Assembly (NCBI GenBank): GCA_021613535.1
Contig: CP075493.1
Location: 310,001 to 374,000, forward strand
Reading direction: 5' to 3'
Origin: Adineta vaga
Taxonomy: Eukaryota; Animalia; Rotifera
DNA: 64,000 bases
Shown: piece by piece, positions 1 to 12,482 of the stretch
Position numbering within the stretch: the stretch's first letter is position 1
Layout: each line of letters opens with the position of its first letter
Notes under the pieces: generated by a model
The model's database searches: none
Told to the model about the DNA's origin: nothing
Seen by the model: only the letters and a program-made list of their open reading frames with translations
Made by a program: the position numbers and the translations under genes

Positions 1-882
1 TTGTTTGCTTGTTGTTGAATATTGGTTAATCATATTCAGCATTTTCTTTTCATGCTCTCTATAATGTGAACAGTCGTTGGAAGTAGCAATATGATTACCT
101 TTACAGTTGTATCACTTGACTGCATCATCTTTAACATTACATATGTCCATGCTGTGATTTTCACCGCATCGAATACATACTTGTTGTTTGGTTTTGCAGT
201 ACTTGGCTACATAATTGTATTTTAAGCAAACATAACATTGCACCGGTTTTGAATTTTTTGTTGCTGGTTCAGCTGTGAAGTGCATGCAATCCACTTGTAA
301 ACCAGTTTGCACAAACGTGTTTCGATTTGTTGCATCACTAAATGATATTTTTACTGTACGTGTTGCAGTCTTACCATCTTTGCTTGTTAATCGTATAACT
401 TCTGTTACTTCAAGACCAATGTTCTTTAGTGCTTTAGTTATTCGATCGTTTGGTATTTCCAAATCGACTCTTTTTACGAAGGCGATCTTTTCTGTGTCCT
501 TGATTCTTTGTATAGATCTTGGAACGTATACCTTAGCTGATGGTTGACTGTTTGACGATAATATTGATGAAAAGTCGTTTAATATGTTGTTGGACGATTT
601 AACATCACTTGCATATAATGTAAATATTCCATTTCGTCCAAGTTGGATGTCATGGATATTGACTTCAGCAAGATGTTTCTTCAAAATATCATTTAGCTGC
701 AACTTGTTTAAGTTAACACCCTCTAGAATAAGAGGGGCGATGCTAAATGTTGGTTGGCTTGATTTTAAAGCATATGGTGCTGCTTTGCCAACTTGTGTTG
801 TTTGTTGTGGGCTTTGTATGCTTTGTGAGCTTTGTGGCCCTTGTTTTCGTTGTGTGGTGGTTGCTCTTTGTTGGTTGTCCAC
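1..882 (-). pseudogene. LINE ORF1 (gag-like zinc-knuckle protein), disrupted
   Basis: Knuckles CYVCLKYNYVAKYC and CIRCGENHSMDIC. A TGA at 112-114 sits where a Cys is expected, and the frame continues YNCKGNHIATSNDC (third knuckle). There is no in-frame ATG upstream, consistent with a frameshift near 895. Confidence 0.8.
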
Positions 883-1130
883 GTTGTGATAGCGTCTTTA
901 TTGGCCACTGCCACCCCTGCCTCTCTTAACAGGCATTAAAATCAGCACCAGTTGCTGATAATTTGGTGTAGATTGTTTTTGTTTTCTTGTTTTGGTTGAT
1001 GAGGTACAGCGGATCTCGATGAAAAACCAGTTTTTTTAAGTCCTAAGACTTTTGTAGCTGGTGAAAAGAGAAAAAATTAGATAGACGAGAGAGAAAATAT
1101 ATATGTGTATAACTTGGACGTATGCGACTG
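1..1130 (-). mobile_element. 5' end of a non-LTR (LINE, I/Jockey-like) retrotransposon, running off the left edge of the window
   Basis: Gag-like ORF1 with CCHC knuckles. The minus strand begins TCAGTCGCATACGTCC at ~1131 (Inr-like internal promoter start), followed by a pyrimidine-rich 5' UTR. Confidence 0.75.
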
Positions 1131-1954
1131 ATCGCGACCAAGTCAACTAGACGAATGTTGCTTGTTCTTACTGAACTGTTAATCCTTCTATATAAGTTGT
1201 ACGTTACCTTTATGAATTTATACGAAACTATGAACTGTTCTTTGTACATAAACCGAACTTTCACAGGCATAATTCGGTGATAAAAAGTTTCGCATGAATT
1301 GTTTGAATCTTTTGAAACGTGAATGATCTGTCATTGGTTGAGTAGGTGATATACAGAACCGTCATGAGTTTATTAGTGAACATGCGGAACTTTTGGTGAA
1401 TTTTTGAAACTTTTAAAGATTCATGTTTGCTATACGAAACTAAGGGTCGATCAGTATGGAATATTCTGAATTTTCATTTGACATACGAAACCCTGCAGGA
1501 TTTTGCATTAAACGCACTAAGCTTTTAAGGTTTTGTGAACTCATTATTGATTTCGGACAACCCACGCAAAACCATGATCGGTTTAGTTTAAAATATTCTG
1601 AACTTTTTCAAAACTGACGAACCATCGATGGTTCGGTGTAAAATATCCTGAACCAGCAGCTGGCCTACGAAAGTAGGGAAAGGTTGGTGGAAAATAGACG
1701 AAACCTATCGTCAGACTGCGAAACCACTGATGGTTTTGTGGAAATGTTACACAACTATCAATAGTTTCGCGAACCGCGTAGAAAACATTCAGATCGTTTT
1801 GCTTGTCAACTGCCAAACCTTCTCGATCTTACTGAACTTAAAATAGTTCGGGAGACCAAGCACGAAACGTTTTTCATTTTTCTGAACTTAACATCGTTCG
1901 GGAGAAGCATAGAAAACCATATTAGTTCGGTAAAACAACATTTTTTTTACAGTG
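1131..1954. repeat. Right part of a CAC-terminated (CMC-like) non-autonomous element with internal CGAAAC-type subrepeats
   Basis: Ends TTTTTTTTACAGTG|TA, like the elements at 10392 and 14745. Left end not seen, possibly displaced by the LINE. Confidence 0.4.
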
Positions 1955-3123
1955 TATGAATATTTCCTTATATGAGTATAGCCACTCACTATACTTTCTC
2001 CATGTTTTAACATGAAACGATGAATCTAGTGGAGATCTATCGACTCATGTAGGAATCGTTTCTGATGGTGATTACTGAACAAGATAATATGGATATATTT
2101 AGGGATCTATCATAGACAGCGTATGTAATATGTGGAAGAAGTGTAATATTTGGACCGAAAATATGTCCACAGAACAACATTTTCCCACATATTTGTATAT
2201 CATTCGATTGACAAAGAAGAGAACTTTGTTCTGATATATAAATCGTCAAGTGGAAACAATGAACAAATAGAAAATTCCTACAAGAAGTCCGTGTACTTGT
2301 TTATGCCTATATGCTATGTATACTCTACATTTGCCAGAGTGACTTTATGGCTCTAAATATAGTCAGAATGAAATATAATTTATTATTTTCGATATAGAAC
2401 AATTTTTCACAACTAGAACAACAAAACTGAATTGAAAAACTCAGTTTCTGACGAGGAATCAATTTCACCTCTTAATAACCCCGCTACCTTCTTTATTATT
2501 AAAAAAAATGATATTGATGTTATGCAAAAAGAAATGCTCCAAAATGGAGTAGAAATTTTGTACCTCTATGATAACAACTTTGTTTGAGGTACAAACCGTT
2601 AAAATGGGCTATAATATCCCAAATGTTGTACAGATGGCAGTCCTGTATATAATCTCCCGTTTGCTTTACCGCCCGCACTTGATTGTTTTTCTGTCTTGAG
2701 ACTATCTGATAAGGTATAGCGAATCGCCATTGTGCACTCAATAAAATCAGAAATTTCACTGCTGCCATGTTTAGAAATATTCTTACGACACGACTTTAAT
2801 ACATTTTCTTACGCCGATGGATTAGACGTAGAAGGCGAAGATAAAAATACACCTCTTTCGTCCAGATAAGTTGGTGTGATTGTCTTCAGATCAAACCTAG
2901 AAACGAGATTTCAACATGATGATCCATTTCGAAGGTTTGAGTGTGGCTATTTTCATTTGATTACACTCATACCTTCAAATCAGAAATTGATTTAAGTTCG
3001 CTTTAAAACAATTTGTTTCAACCTGCGACTTTATACTCTGTAAACATATAGCAAATGAAAAAATTTCTATACTGTTCATCTTTATTAGTGTCAAAAACAA
3101 TCAAGGAAGGTGCAGAGAAATAT

Positions 3124-3549
3124 TTATGTGCGCATAGCAAAATCTCGTGTTGAGTTCATAAGTAATAAGATTTCGTCTTGAAAGTTGTTCCAAGGGATTC
3201 TTTTGCCCTTTTTGTTTTCCAACCAGAACTCAAGGATTTGTTCATTTTTGTGAAATTTGTTAACACGAACTTCATCCTCGTCAACATCAACGAAGCGCAT
3301 TTCGCCATTTTCTTCATCCAGAAAAACATCTTCATGTCTGATTTGATCATGAATGTCTATTTCTCGATGAACGTGTGTCGGAGAACGATCTTCAGTTTTA
3401 AGACCTTTGACAAACTGAGGACAGTATTTGTCAGCATGATAAACTTTGTCTAGCATGGCTGCCCATACTCGATCGAATGGAGCTGTTATTGCAAATGGTG
3501 AACGAAACCCCAAGCCCACAGTTTTTCGTTCTGAATCATCTGAAGACAT
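3124..3549 (-). CDS. SRPBCC/START-fold protein, DUF1857/AtaL-like; probable horizontal acquisition
   Basis: 141 aa intronless ORF. Pattern VWAAMLDKVYHADKY...HREI...HEDVFLD...EMRF...N resembles the DUF1857 family as recalled; no search run. Acceptor-like TTTTCTGTGTAG just upstream of the ATG. Confidence 0.6.
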   Translation of the reverse strand: MSSDDSERKTVGLGFRSPFAITAPFDRVWAAMLDKVYHADKYCPQFVKGLKTEDRSPTHVHREIDIHDQIRHEDVFLDEENGEMRFVDVDEDEVRVNKFHKNEQILEFWLENKKGKRIPWNNFQDEILLLMNSTRDFAMRT

Positions 3550-3617
3550 GTTTTGTTTTATCTACACAGAAAATAACAATAGTTTAATATGTAACTATCA
3601 AACTGTTAATTGAAGAA

Positions 3618-3705
3618 TGTGAGTATGGGTGTGGGGTGGGTGAGAGTGACGACGCATGTATGGGTATAATCATATGAAAATACCCACCCACACCCTCAAG
3701 ATGGT
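3618..3705. repeat. Inverted telomeric mini-array (G-rich tract, spacer, C-rich tract + CAAGATGGT)
   Basis: TGTGAGTATGGGTGTGGGGTGGGTGAG ... TACCCACCCACACCCTCAAGATGGT. Confidence 0.75.
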
Positions 3706-4625
3706 TTTAAGGTTCTGTAGATTTTCAAAAGCGTTTATTTCAATCTGTCGACTCATTTGAAAGTTTCATAATACCTACGAAGCTTTTTATGTGGTTTTGG
3801 TCATATTACTTTATTTTTCTACAGTGTATACTAGCTGTGTGTCTTTGAATGCTCTGGTCCTATACTGTAATAAGCGGGCGTAAAAAAAGTAATCCAAAAG
3901 ATCTGTGCATATTCACAGCTTGATTCACTCATAGTCTTTAATAACTTAATGCAGACTCATTTATTTGTACAATAAAAATTTGTTACTAAGATGAAAATAG
4001 TGTACCCTTACAGCATTAACACATTCATGCATGACATCAAGAAAAAGCGTAGAAAATTGTGAAGCTAGATGTGGACGCTACACTTTAAATAAAACAAAGT
4101 TACCGAACCTATCAGACCTATATATGACCATAATATCACGTCGCAACTCTATTATTTGACTTTATAATGAATGCATAAAACTTACTAGGAACTTCAGTAA
4201 AACGGCTATTACTGAGCTGCAATAACCCATGGGCACGAATCCTTTTTGGTTTTTGCTAGTCATGTTGAGTTCTAGTTATAGCCAAAATATGAGCTCTAAA
4301 TCGATGGAACACTTTGGGTACTTCGTGAGACTCGGACAAGGACCCGGTCGAGTCCGGGGCTACCCGACGGGCTCTTCTAGTGAAAGATGCAATTAGAGTT
4401 GATGAATCTTCTTTTTTATGTCGAGATATTCTCTCGGGAAGAATGTTATGAGTCTTCAGAGACTTTCTTTAAATGAATAGCTCTCATTAAAACTACTTCT
4501 TTCGTTGCCTGGAATGTTTCGATGTGCTATTAGGATTTCTGACTTGAGGAAGAACAAGGGATATCATTTTTGTCATTCATATATTTGTATTCACATGAAT
4601 CAACAAACTAATAACCATCTAGTAT

Positions 4626-5647
4626 GTAAGGTGCACGCAATGCAAAAATCGAGTGAAATTTATTTTTGCTTTTTTTACACATGGTTTGATAGAGCGTGAG
4701 CTGCTGATCACGATGCACTACTTTTTATCCTTTTTAGAAGCTATTTTGTAGTCAAAAATCGCAAAATCCTTGAAAAACCTGAGTTCTCCCCAAAATCACG
4801 TTTTTGGACGAAATATGCAAAAATCACTATTTTTCGGTTCTTGAAAATTCTTGAAAATATTTTTTTTAGATTCAGCATTAAAAACTGATTCTAAAAAACC
4901 TCTGAAATCATTATTACCCCAAAAATTTTTCAAATGGTGGCATTTCTCATGTGTTCCACTACACTACTTATAGGTGGATCTTGTAAACCTATCTAGTTTT
5001 CGTAGGGAGGTGCTGGAGCGAAATTTTGTTTTTGTTTTAATCCTCATACTAGCCTCTATAAAAGTACGCATCGCTTTTGTTTTCATCTATTTTCTTCGTG
5101 GAGAAAAGTTCACTTTACTGATGGTATAGGAAATCGGCCGATTTCCTATACCATCAGTAAAGTGAACTTTTCTCCACGAAGAAAATAGATGAAAACAAAA
5201 GCGATGCGTACTTTTATAGAGGCTAGTATGAGGATTAAAACAAAAACAAAATTTCGCTCCAGCACCTCCCTACGAAAACTAGATAGGTTTACAAGATCCA
5301 CCTATAAGTAGTGTAGTGGAACACATGAGAAATGCCACCATTTGAAAAATTTTGGGTAATAATGATTTCAGAGATTTTTTAGAATCAGTTTTTAATGCTG
5401 AATCTAAAAAAAATATTTTCAAGAATTTTCAAGAACCGAAAAATAGTGATTTTTGCATATTTCGTCCAAAAACGTGATTTTGGGGAGAACTCAGGTTTTT
5501 CAAGGATTTTGCGATTTTTGACTACAAAATAGCTTCTAAAAAGGATAAAAAGTAGTGCATCGTGATCAGCAGCTCACGCTCTATCAAACCATGTGTAAAA
5601 AAAGCAAAAATAAATTTCACTCGATTTTTGCATTGCGTGCACCTTAC
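4626..5647. repeat. ~1 kb near-perfect palindrome with no spacer (foldback element or assembly artefact)
   Basis: Arms GTAAGGTGCACGCAATG... and ...CATTGCGTGCACCTTAC. Centre ATAGGAAATCGG|CCGATTTCCTAT at 5137/5138. Only a few homopolymer or substitution differences between arms. Confidence 0.95.
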
Positions 5648-5778
5648 CTATATATGCAACTGTTCTTCACTACTAATAAAACATTGTGAAATATTTTTAC
5701 CTATTAATTTAGTTTCATACCCTGATACAAGTTTAATATCGCTACAGAAAAGAGTATCTATTAATTAACGGTAAATTC

Positions 5779-8700
5779 ATGACTACAGACTTTAGTGAGA
5801 TACCAGTCATCGATTTCGGCCGATTTCACAACGGTAATAAAGAAGAAAAAGCTGAAATTGCGAACCAGATTGGTGAAGCATGTCGTAAAGTTGGATTTTT
5901 CTATTTAAAAAATCATGGCGTGACTGCAAAACTAACTGAAGATGTGATGACAGTAGCGAAACAATACTTCGCTCTTCCATTAGATGTCAAAATGCGACAT
6001 GCCGTAGGCGATATGTCAAAAGGACAGGTTCGTGGATTTTTAACGTATCGAAGTGGAGACTGTCCCGATATCGGAGACCAAAAAGAGGCATTTAATTTGG
6101 GATTAGAATTAAGCGAGGACGATCCTGAAGTTAAACGTGGAGCAACTCTCCAAGGGCCCAATACGTGGCCAGACTTACCAGGTAAACGTGTGACTAGATG
6201 TGTTAAGAACGAAGGTAATACGTTATATTATTTTTCAGGATTTCGAGAGACAATTTATGATGGTTATTATTTGGCAATCAAAGAATTAGCGCAACAAGTT
6301 GCTGGAGCATTCGCATTGGCACTAAAACTGCCTGAAGACTACTTTGTCCCTCTAACAGACAAACCTGTCGCTAACATGTCTGTCATATATTATCCACCAC
6401 AATCATTAGATAAGCCTCTGGACAAGAATCGCATAGGTAAACTACATTACTTCTGTTTTCTATCCGATTTCACTCTCAAAGTACATCTTTAGTAACAAAA
6501 ACCATATAAAGAATACCAAACGAGCTCATTTTTCAGTTTTTATGCCTTAAAAAGAATAATACAATTTTGTTTCAAAAGTGAGTCCCCACTAGGAAAAATC
6601 TGTTACGATGTCTAGTATTCATTAAAGTAGTTTTTGTACTTTATAATTTTATAACTAGCTCAAAATCAGAAAAAGTATGAAGTTTTACTTTTATGATTTT
6701 ATTGCATTTGTTACAGCAATTTCCAAAATATCCATTGAGTAAGGACTGCACCTGGACGAAAAGATTTTTCTAGTTTCAACCAAAGATATATGCACTATTC
6801 TTTTTTTAACTCGAACATTATACAGGTCATTGATTGCCCATTTTATAGACACGCGTTTACTCTTTCAGCCTATGTACTTTAAAGTATACCAAAACGGTTT
6901 GTGCTTAACTAACTTAGCAATTACATGATTGAGACTAATTCCCATCTCGTTTTGTCACGATAAAATTGGTCGCAATTATGTAATTGCTAAGTTAGTTATG
7001 GTTGTGGTTGTAGGTGTGGGTGCGGGTGTGTATATGTGGGGGTCAGACTTTACTCTTATGCAACACCCACACCCACACCCAAATTTTTAAATTTCGCCAT
7101 TTTTGAGAATATAGGAGAGATATTTTTTTATATACGCTGGCAGCTGGTAGGGACCTGTACAAGACCATACAAAAAGATATATTATATGAAAGATACGGAA
7201 GACTACAGTACCCTTGTTTTTCGACCAACTCTTCTCCAGCTAAAAAAAAGTCCATTTTCGTCAGAAATTCAAAAACGGTAAAAAGTAGGTAGACAGATAG
7301 TCCATATTACAATCTTTCAGAAACAATATAGTTTTTGTCTAAAACATTTCTTTTTAGCTAGAAATTTTGATGATTTTTATAATTCGCTGTTTGGAAAGCA
7401 GGCATTTTGGTGATTTTTTTTCATTTAGCTTCTGTTTTTTACTCTGGGAAAAGGAGTGAGGATTCTGAAGAATCTGGTCTGTGGTGCCATCTATCGTGAC
7501 ATGCCTTTTTGACAGTAATAAAGTGGAGAAATCAGCAAAAATCAGGGTGAAAAATTCTAGATTTGCATTCAGCTGTTTTTTTGCTTTTGTCTATTGATTA
7601 TCTCGACGATCTGTTCCGATATAAGGCTCAAAAATCTTCCTATAGTATTTACAGTACAATCTCAACATATTCCATGAATTATACTAATCAAAGCTTAAAA
7701 GAAAAAAAGCAGGACTGAAAGGGTTAAAAACGTAATTTTCTGATCTGTTTTGCAACATATAATCCCTCTATAAATATTTTATAGCTGAGAAAGAGATAGA
7801 TGTATATATCTGATTGAGATTTTGAGAAGTCTTGGTCATAATAGGACCTATATGTGGTTATAAATTTAAATGAAACTTTTTCATTTATTTTCTTCATGTA
7901 TACCTCGCCAAACATGAAAAATCAAACGAAATAATCAAAGCAAGAAACAGAGACAGTCTAGTAACGAAGATCTTCTGGATTCTGCTTGTCTCATGAAACC
8001 TTAGCTGTGGCCAAAATATCACTTTTAATCATGAATTATGACTGACAAACTATATTTGTTAGGTCTAATTTAAAAAGAAGAACTTGCTCTGAAGAAAGAC
8101 TACATGTGATAAAATTACGGGTGCTCGAGGCGAATTAAGCCTCTCAGTATCTTGCAAATATCCCTCTGAGATCGCGTCGTGTATACTTGGGTTTTGCTTA
8201 AATGATAGTCTACGAAATTCTCCATAAAATCCTTGTTAAAAGAATTCTTTCAATCAATGATTATGTGGTCATATCGGACTACGATTACAATGCTCTCATT
8301 CGGCTAGCTTTCGAAACAATCATTTTTATACCAGCGATTTTGCGTCAATCTTTTGGCTTCACACAATAAATCGGTTGTCATATTGCAGTCGACGAGAAGT
8401 TTTCTCTATCATTTCAATTTACACAAAACGGTGGAAAGTGTTGCATTGCAATCGTTGAGGTATCTTACAAGAATTATTACTTGTTTCAGGTTTTTAAAAT
8501 CGTAACAGAAGGACGGCTTTCAAGCTCGGTCGAAAGGAATACACCTGAAAACATAAGAAACTTGCTTTATAATAGGAACTTGTATATGTGTCGTTAAGAA
8601 AAAACGAAACCATCACTTCAATAAAAACGAATGTTTTGAAAGTTAGCTGTTTTAAACTATTATATTCTTGTTAGGACATAGCCACATAATCTCTGATTGA

Positions 8701-9526
8701 AAAAATTCTTTTAAAAAGGATTTTGTAGAGAATCGCATGGACTATCTTTTGAAAAAACCCAAGTACACACGATGCAATCTAAGAGTGATACTTGTAAAAT
8801 ACTGAGAGGCTCAATTCACCTAAAAGACAAGTTATATCGATTTTTTGGCATAAACCATGAAAGATATGCCTGTGCTAAAGTTTCTATCGGTGATACTTCA
8901 AAATTCTTTTTGTTAGGTAATAAGTTTGCTTTGCTTCCATGACAACCACTCAGAAATTTTAATAGTTTACTGTCATTCTATTATATTCTTTTTTGTTACA
9001 TGTTTCACCGGATTTTGCGTAGATTTTTGTTTCTTGGATCATTCTCTGTAACATATTTGTTATTGTTCTTATGAATACAGGAGCTCTTCAACACACTGAC
9101 TTCGGAGCATTTACACTTCTACAGCAATCAAACGACGTCACAGCATTACAGGTGCAAAATATAAAAAAAGAATGGATTGATGCAAAACCAATTGAAGGAG
9201 CATTGGTTGTCAATATTGGTGATACTATGCAACGATGGACAAACGATCAATTCGTTTCAACATTGCATCGTGTCATCAATGTGAGTGACAAAGAAAGATA
9301 TTCGATAGCGTTCTTTTTTGGACCAAATTATTTCACAAATGTTGACTGTATACCGACATGCTACGACGATAAGGAAAATCCAAAAAAATACAAACCAATT
9401 CTATCAGGTGAATTCGTACATCACCGTCTCGAAACATGTCATCTAACAGATAATGATGAGCGTGATATCGGAAGGCTGCCAGGTGCAGAACAAAATAAGC
9501 CTATCGACCACGAACATACATCCTAA
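5779..9526 (+). CDS. IPNS-like 2OG-Fe(II) dioxygenase, paralog A (exons 5779-6181, 6239-6436, 9081-9526)
   Basis: DIOX_N start IPVIDF...ACRKVGFFYLKNHGV. Fe ligands HTD and HRV; 2OG-binding RYS. Both GT-AG introns splice in frame (phase 1). Confidence 0.93.
6906..6998. repeat. Small hairpin/MITE in intron 2 of paralog A
   Basis: TAACTAACTTAGCAATTACAT ... ATGTAATTGCTAAGTTAGTTA inverted repeat. Confidence 0.75.
6999..7080. repeat. Inverted telomeric mini-array
   Basis: TGTGGTTGTAGGTGTGGGTGCGGGTGTG...TGTGGG, ~20 bp spacer, then ACACCCACACCCACACCC. Confidence 0.8.
8128..8821. mobile_element. MITE with ~150 bp imperfect TIRs (intron 2 of paralog A)
   Basis: AGGCGAATTAAGCCTCTCAGTAT... versus ...ATACTGAGAGGCTCAATTCACCT; the similarity extends inward. 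Confidence 0.7.
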
Positions 9527-10391
9527 TACTGTTAATGGATTGCAAAATTCATCATTGACTTCATTCTCTTATAATTTGCATATCTCTGTCGAAGTTAAAT
9601 TATAAAAATACAAATACTTTCAACTTTATTATTTGATTTATAGTAACATTAATTATGCGAGTGTTATTTTTAATAACAAACGTTAATATTAGTATCAGTC
9701 TATTTCAACAGTTTTTCGTGAACAGTTGAACAAAGATTTACAAGGGAACCATATGAAATGACTGCCAGCTATTAAACTGATACTCTACCGATAAGTGTGG
9801 CTTATCGGCTTGTTCAAATGTAGCATTGTGACATTTTTTTACAAACTGTTGTTCAGTGGATGAGGGCGCGTAAAGCCATTTTGTGGCCCGTGTCAAATCG
9901 ATTTCTTCATATGTAGTTCGAATCAGCTATTGTCCCTGATTACTTTTTGCAATTTTATTTCGCGGAAAACAACGTTACCTATTTGGATCCTTGGATATAA
10001 CCTCCCAGGTATCATGAGAAAAAAATCTCTTTTTTCATCAGTGAAATTCAGGTGTTTGTAGTCACACATGTTGATTACAAATATCATGATCAGACCTTCC
10101 GAAATACCGTTACTTCTTATTTAGTCTTTAAGACCTTATATGGTCTATTTCTCACTTCGGGCGCCTCATCGAATAACGGTGCACCTAAATTTAGTAAAAA
10201 CTAGTTTTTTCTAACTGAATATCTGAATTCTTCACGAAACTAAACTTTTACAGTGAAAAAATACAGCGTAATGGAAAAGCAGGACGTTCTTGGAATCAAA
10301 ACTGACTCTTTATGGACTATACACATCTTCATATTTCTAACTGTTTGTGAAGAAAACTTTGCCGCAATGGCGAGATTTAATCATCAGTATA

Positions 10392-10862
10392 CACTGTTAA
10401 TAAAAAACTTTATTACCGAACTCATCGAAAAGGATTTTGTCGGCGGCGAGTAACTTCCAAATGCGTCAACATGTCGAAAGAAATAGTTTTCAAAATCTAC
10501 GAAATCTAGAAAGAATCTGTCAGCGAGTACACTCTCCGAACCATCGTCTGTGAAACTTCTATAAGTCCCATACAGCGGAAAAGGGTTTGTCAAAAAGTAC
10601 TCACCCTTAATGCTTTTGATATCAAACCATAGTGTTGTACCCTGAGATCTCGTACCTTACGACGAAACTTTTTTTAGCTGTACGGAACTTAAAAAGGTTT
10701 CGTAGACGATGGTTTGGAGTGCGCGCTCGCGAACCGATCCTTTTCTAAGTTTTGCAGATTTTGAAAACTATATCTTTCGACATGCTGACAAATATGGAAG
10801 TTATTCGGCACCTACGAAACCTTTTTGATAGATTTGGTAATGCACTATTTTTATTTACAGTG
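10392..10862. mobile_element. CMC-superfamily-like MITE
   Basis: TA|CACTG...CAGTG|TA with long imperfect TIRs; internally similar to 14745-15213. Confidence 0.7.
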
Positions 10863-10937
10863 TAAATTAACATCAGTATTTGAAACGTCACCAAAATCTA
10901 CATTTTTGGTCTGTTTACACTGTTTTATATAAGACTA

Positions 10938-10960
10938 NNNNNNNNNNNNNNNNNNNNNNN
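10938..10960. other. Assembly gap (N run)
   Basis: 23 Ns flanked on both sides by TATATAAGACTA, probably overlapping contig ends. Confidence 0.95.
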
Positions 10961-11250
10961 TATATAAGACTAATTCACTTTTAGTTCTGAAAGAACAGAA
11001 TATTTGAAATTAGCGCAAAACAAATCAGTTGATCTATATACTTTTCAAAGTCCTAGCATTGCTTTCATTGTTTTGAATGGTTTTCCTGTCCTATCCTACA
11101 TGGATAAGCCCTAAAATGAAGATCATTACAAACGTTCTTTTATTAAAGCAATACGTATTATATTGAACCAGCAATGATTCCGACATCAATTTAATTCAAT
11201 TCGTAGAGTCAAACTGACATTTCAATAATCTTCATTTTCGGAATTATCTC

Positions 11251-11312
11251 ACCATCTTGAGGGTGTGGGTGTAGGTGTGGGTGTGGGCACTCTTAAATTT
11301 GTACCCACACCC
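11251..11312. repeat. Inverted telomeric mini-array preceded by ACCATCT
   Basis: ACCATCTTGAGGGTGTGGGTGTAGGTGTGGGTGTGGG-CACTCTTAAATTTGT-ACCCACACCC. Confidence 0.85.
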
Positions 11313-11761
11313 TATTAAATAAAGTTTTGCAGTTCATTAAAAAAATGTTCTAATCACTATATTACATTATTCACATCGAATGTGCCGATGTCACAGTAAA
11401 AGTCGTCTTTTTGTTCACCGATTGCTTGTATAACTTTGTGTCATTGTAAGTGTACTATCGCAACCGTTAAGTCAGTTTTTGAGCTTCTTTGTATAAAAGA
11501 AATAGATGAAAACTGTTTTTAACTGATCTCATCAGTGTGAGCTAAAAGAAGAATTAGATTAATTAACCAGTTTATGAGTTCCTGCTCACCAAAGGGAAGA
11601 CACAAAGACCAGAGCAGAAGTAGTTTTGATTCTATTGGAGATTACTGCAGTTTGTGAAAAGTCTGGGTGAACCAAGTCAAAAAGAGAATTTTCAAGTAGA
11701 TTATTGTTAAAATTATATACTTCCTGAATGATTTGTGTAAACTAGCCGAAGTCTTATTTAA

Positions 11762-12338
11762 CCCTTCCGAGGCGATTCGATTTTCAGAGATATTAACGTC
11801 TCTAAATTCGTTTTATTAAAAATCAAAATACATCGTAAGATGCACCATGGAAAGCTCTACAATATACATCGTAAAATTCTTTCGATTATGTGATTTTTGT
11901 TTTCAAAAAAGCGAAATTCTGTGAGATCAGTTTTCACTAATTGGTCCCACGTTTTGCTTTTTTGGAAGACAAAAAGTACACAATCGAAATAAGTGTTACG
12001 ATGTAGGTTCTAGAACGTTTTCTACTGAATCTTGTAGTATACTTTATTTCTTCTTCAAAAATCATACAAGATGATAAAAAGATAAAATAAGAAAAATCAA
12101 TTGTCATATTCGTGTATCAAAACATTATAGTTTCGCAACCTCGAGAACTAGCCACACAGTTTTATTTTCTTTTAAAACAAAAATTACAGAGTTAAAATAA
12201 GCTTGACTATGAGAATCGTAAAGCTCTTCACTCTGTATCTTACCGTTTGTACTGTTTTTTTTTATTAAAACGCAATTGAAGATTAAACCATGACATGTAA
12301 AGTGGAGCCCACCGGTGGGTCCCATCGCCTCAAAAAGG
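11762..12338. mobile_element. piggyBac-type MITE
   Basis: TTAA|CCCTTCCGAGGCGAT ... ATCGCCTCAAAAAGG|TTAA. The subterminal GGAGCCCACCGGTGGGTCCC palindrome resembles the one at 50741-50762. Confidence 0.8.
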
Positions 12339-12482
12339 TTAACGAATGAAACTGGAAAAAATCAAGACTTTATTAAGTAATGTTTCTCTAAAGACTGTAT
12401 TTACTCAATAAGATATGTCCGACGAGGAATGTCAAATTCGCCAATAATACTACTATTCATGTCTCTTCTCATCAATACCATT

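Noticed and set aside
275-929. Plus-strand ORFs 275-547, 584-889 and 747-929
   Set aside because: Antisense shadows of the LINE ORF1.
4505-5768. ORFs 4505-4699 and 5562-5768
   Set aside because: They overlap the palindrome arms, have non-ATG starts and show no protein features.
6182-6238. 19-aa insertion in dioxygenase A implied by the ORF track
   Set aside because: It is a 57-bp GT-AG intron that happens to be in frame; the same position is an intron in all paralogs.
10926-10972. Direct repeat TATATAAGACTA as a possible TSD
   Set aside because: It flanks the N gap, so it is most likely a contig overlap.
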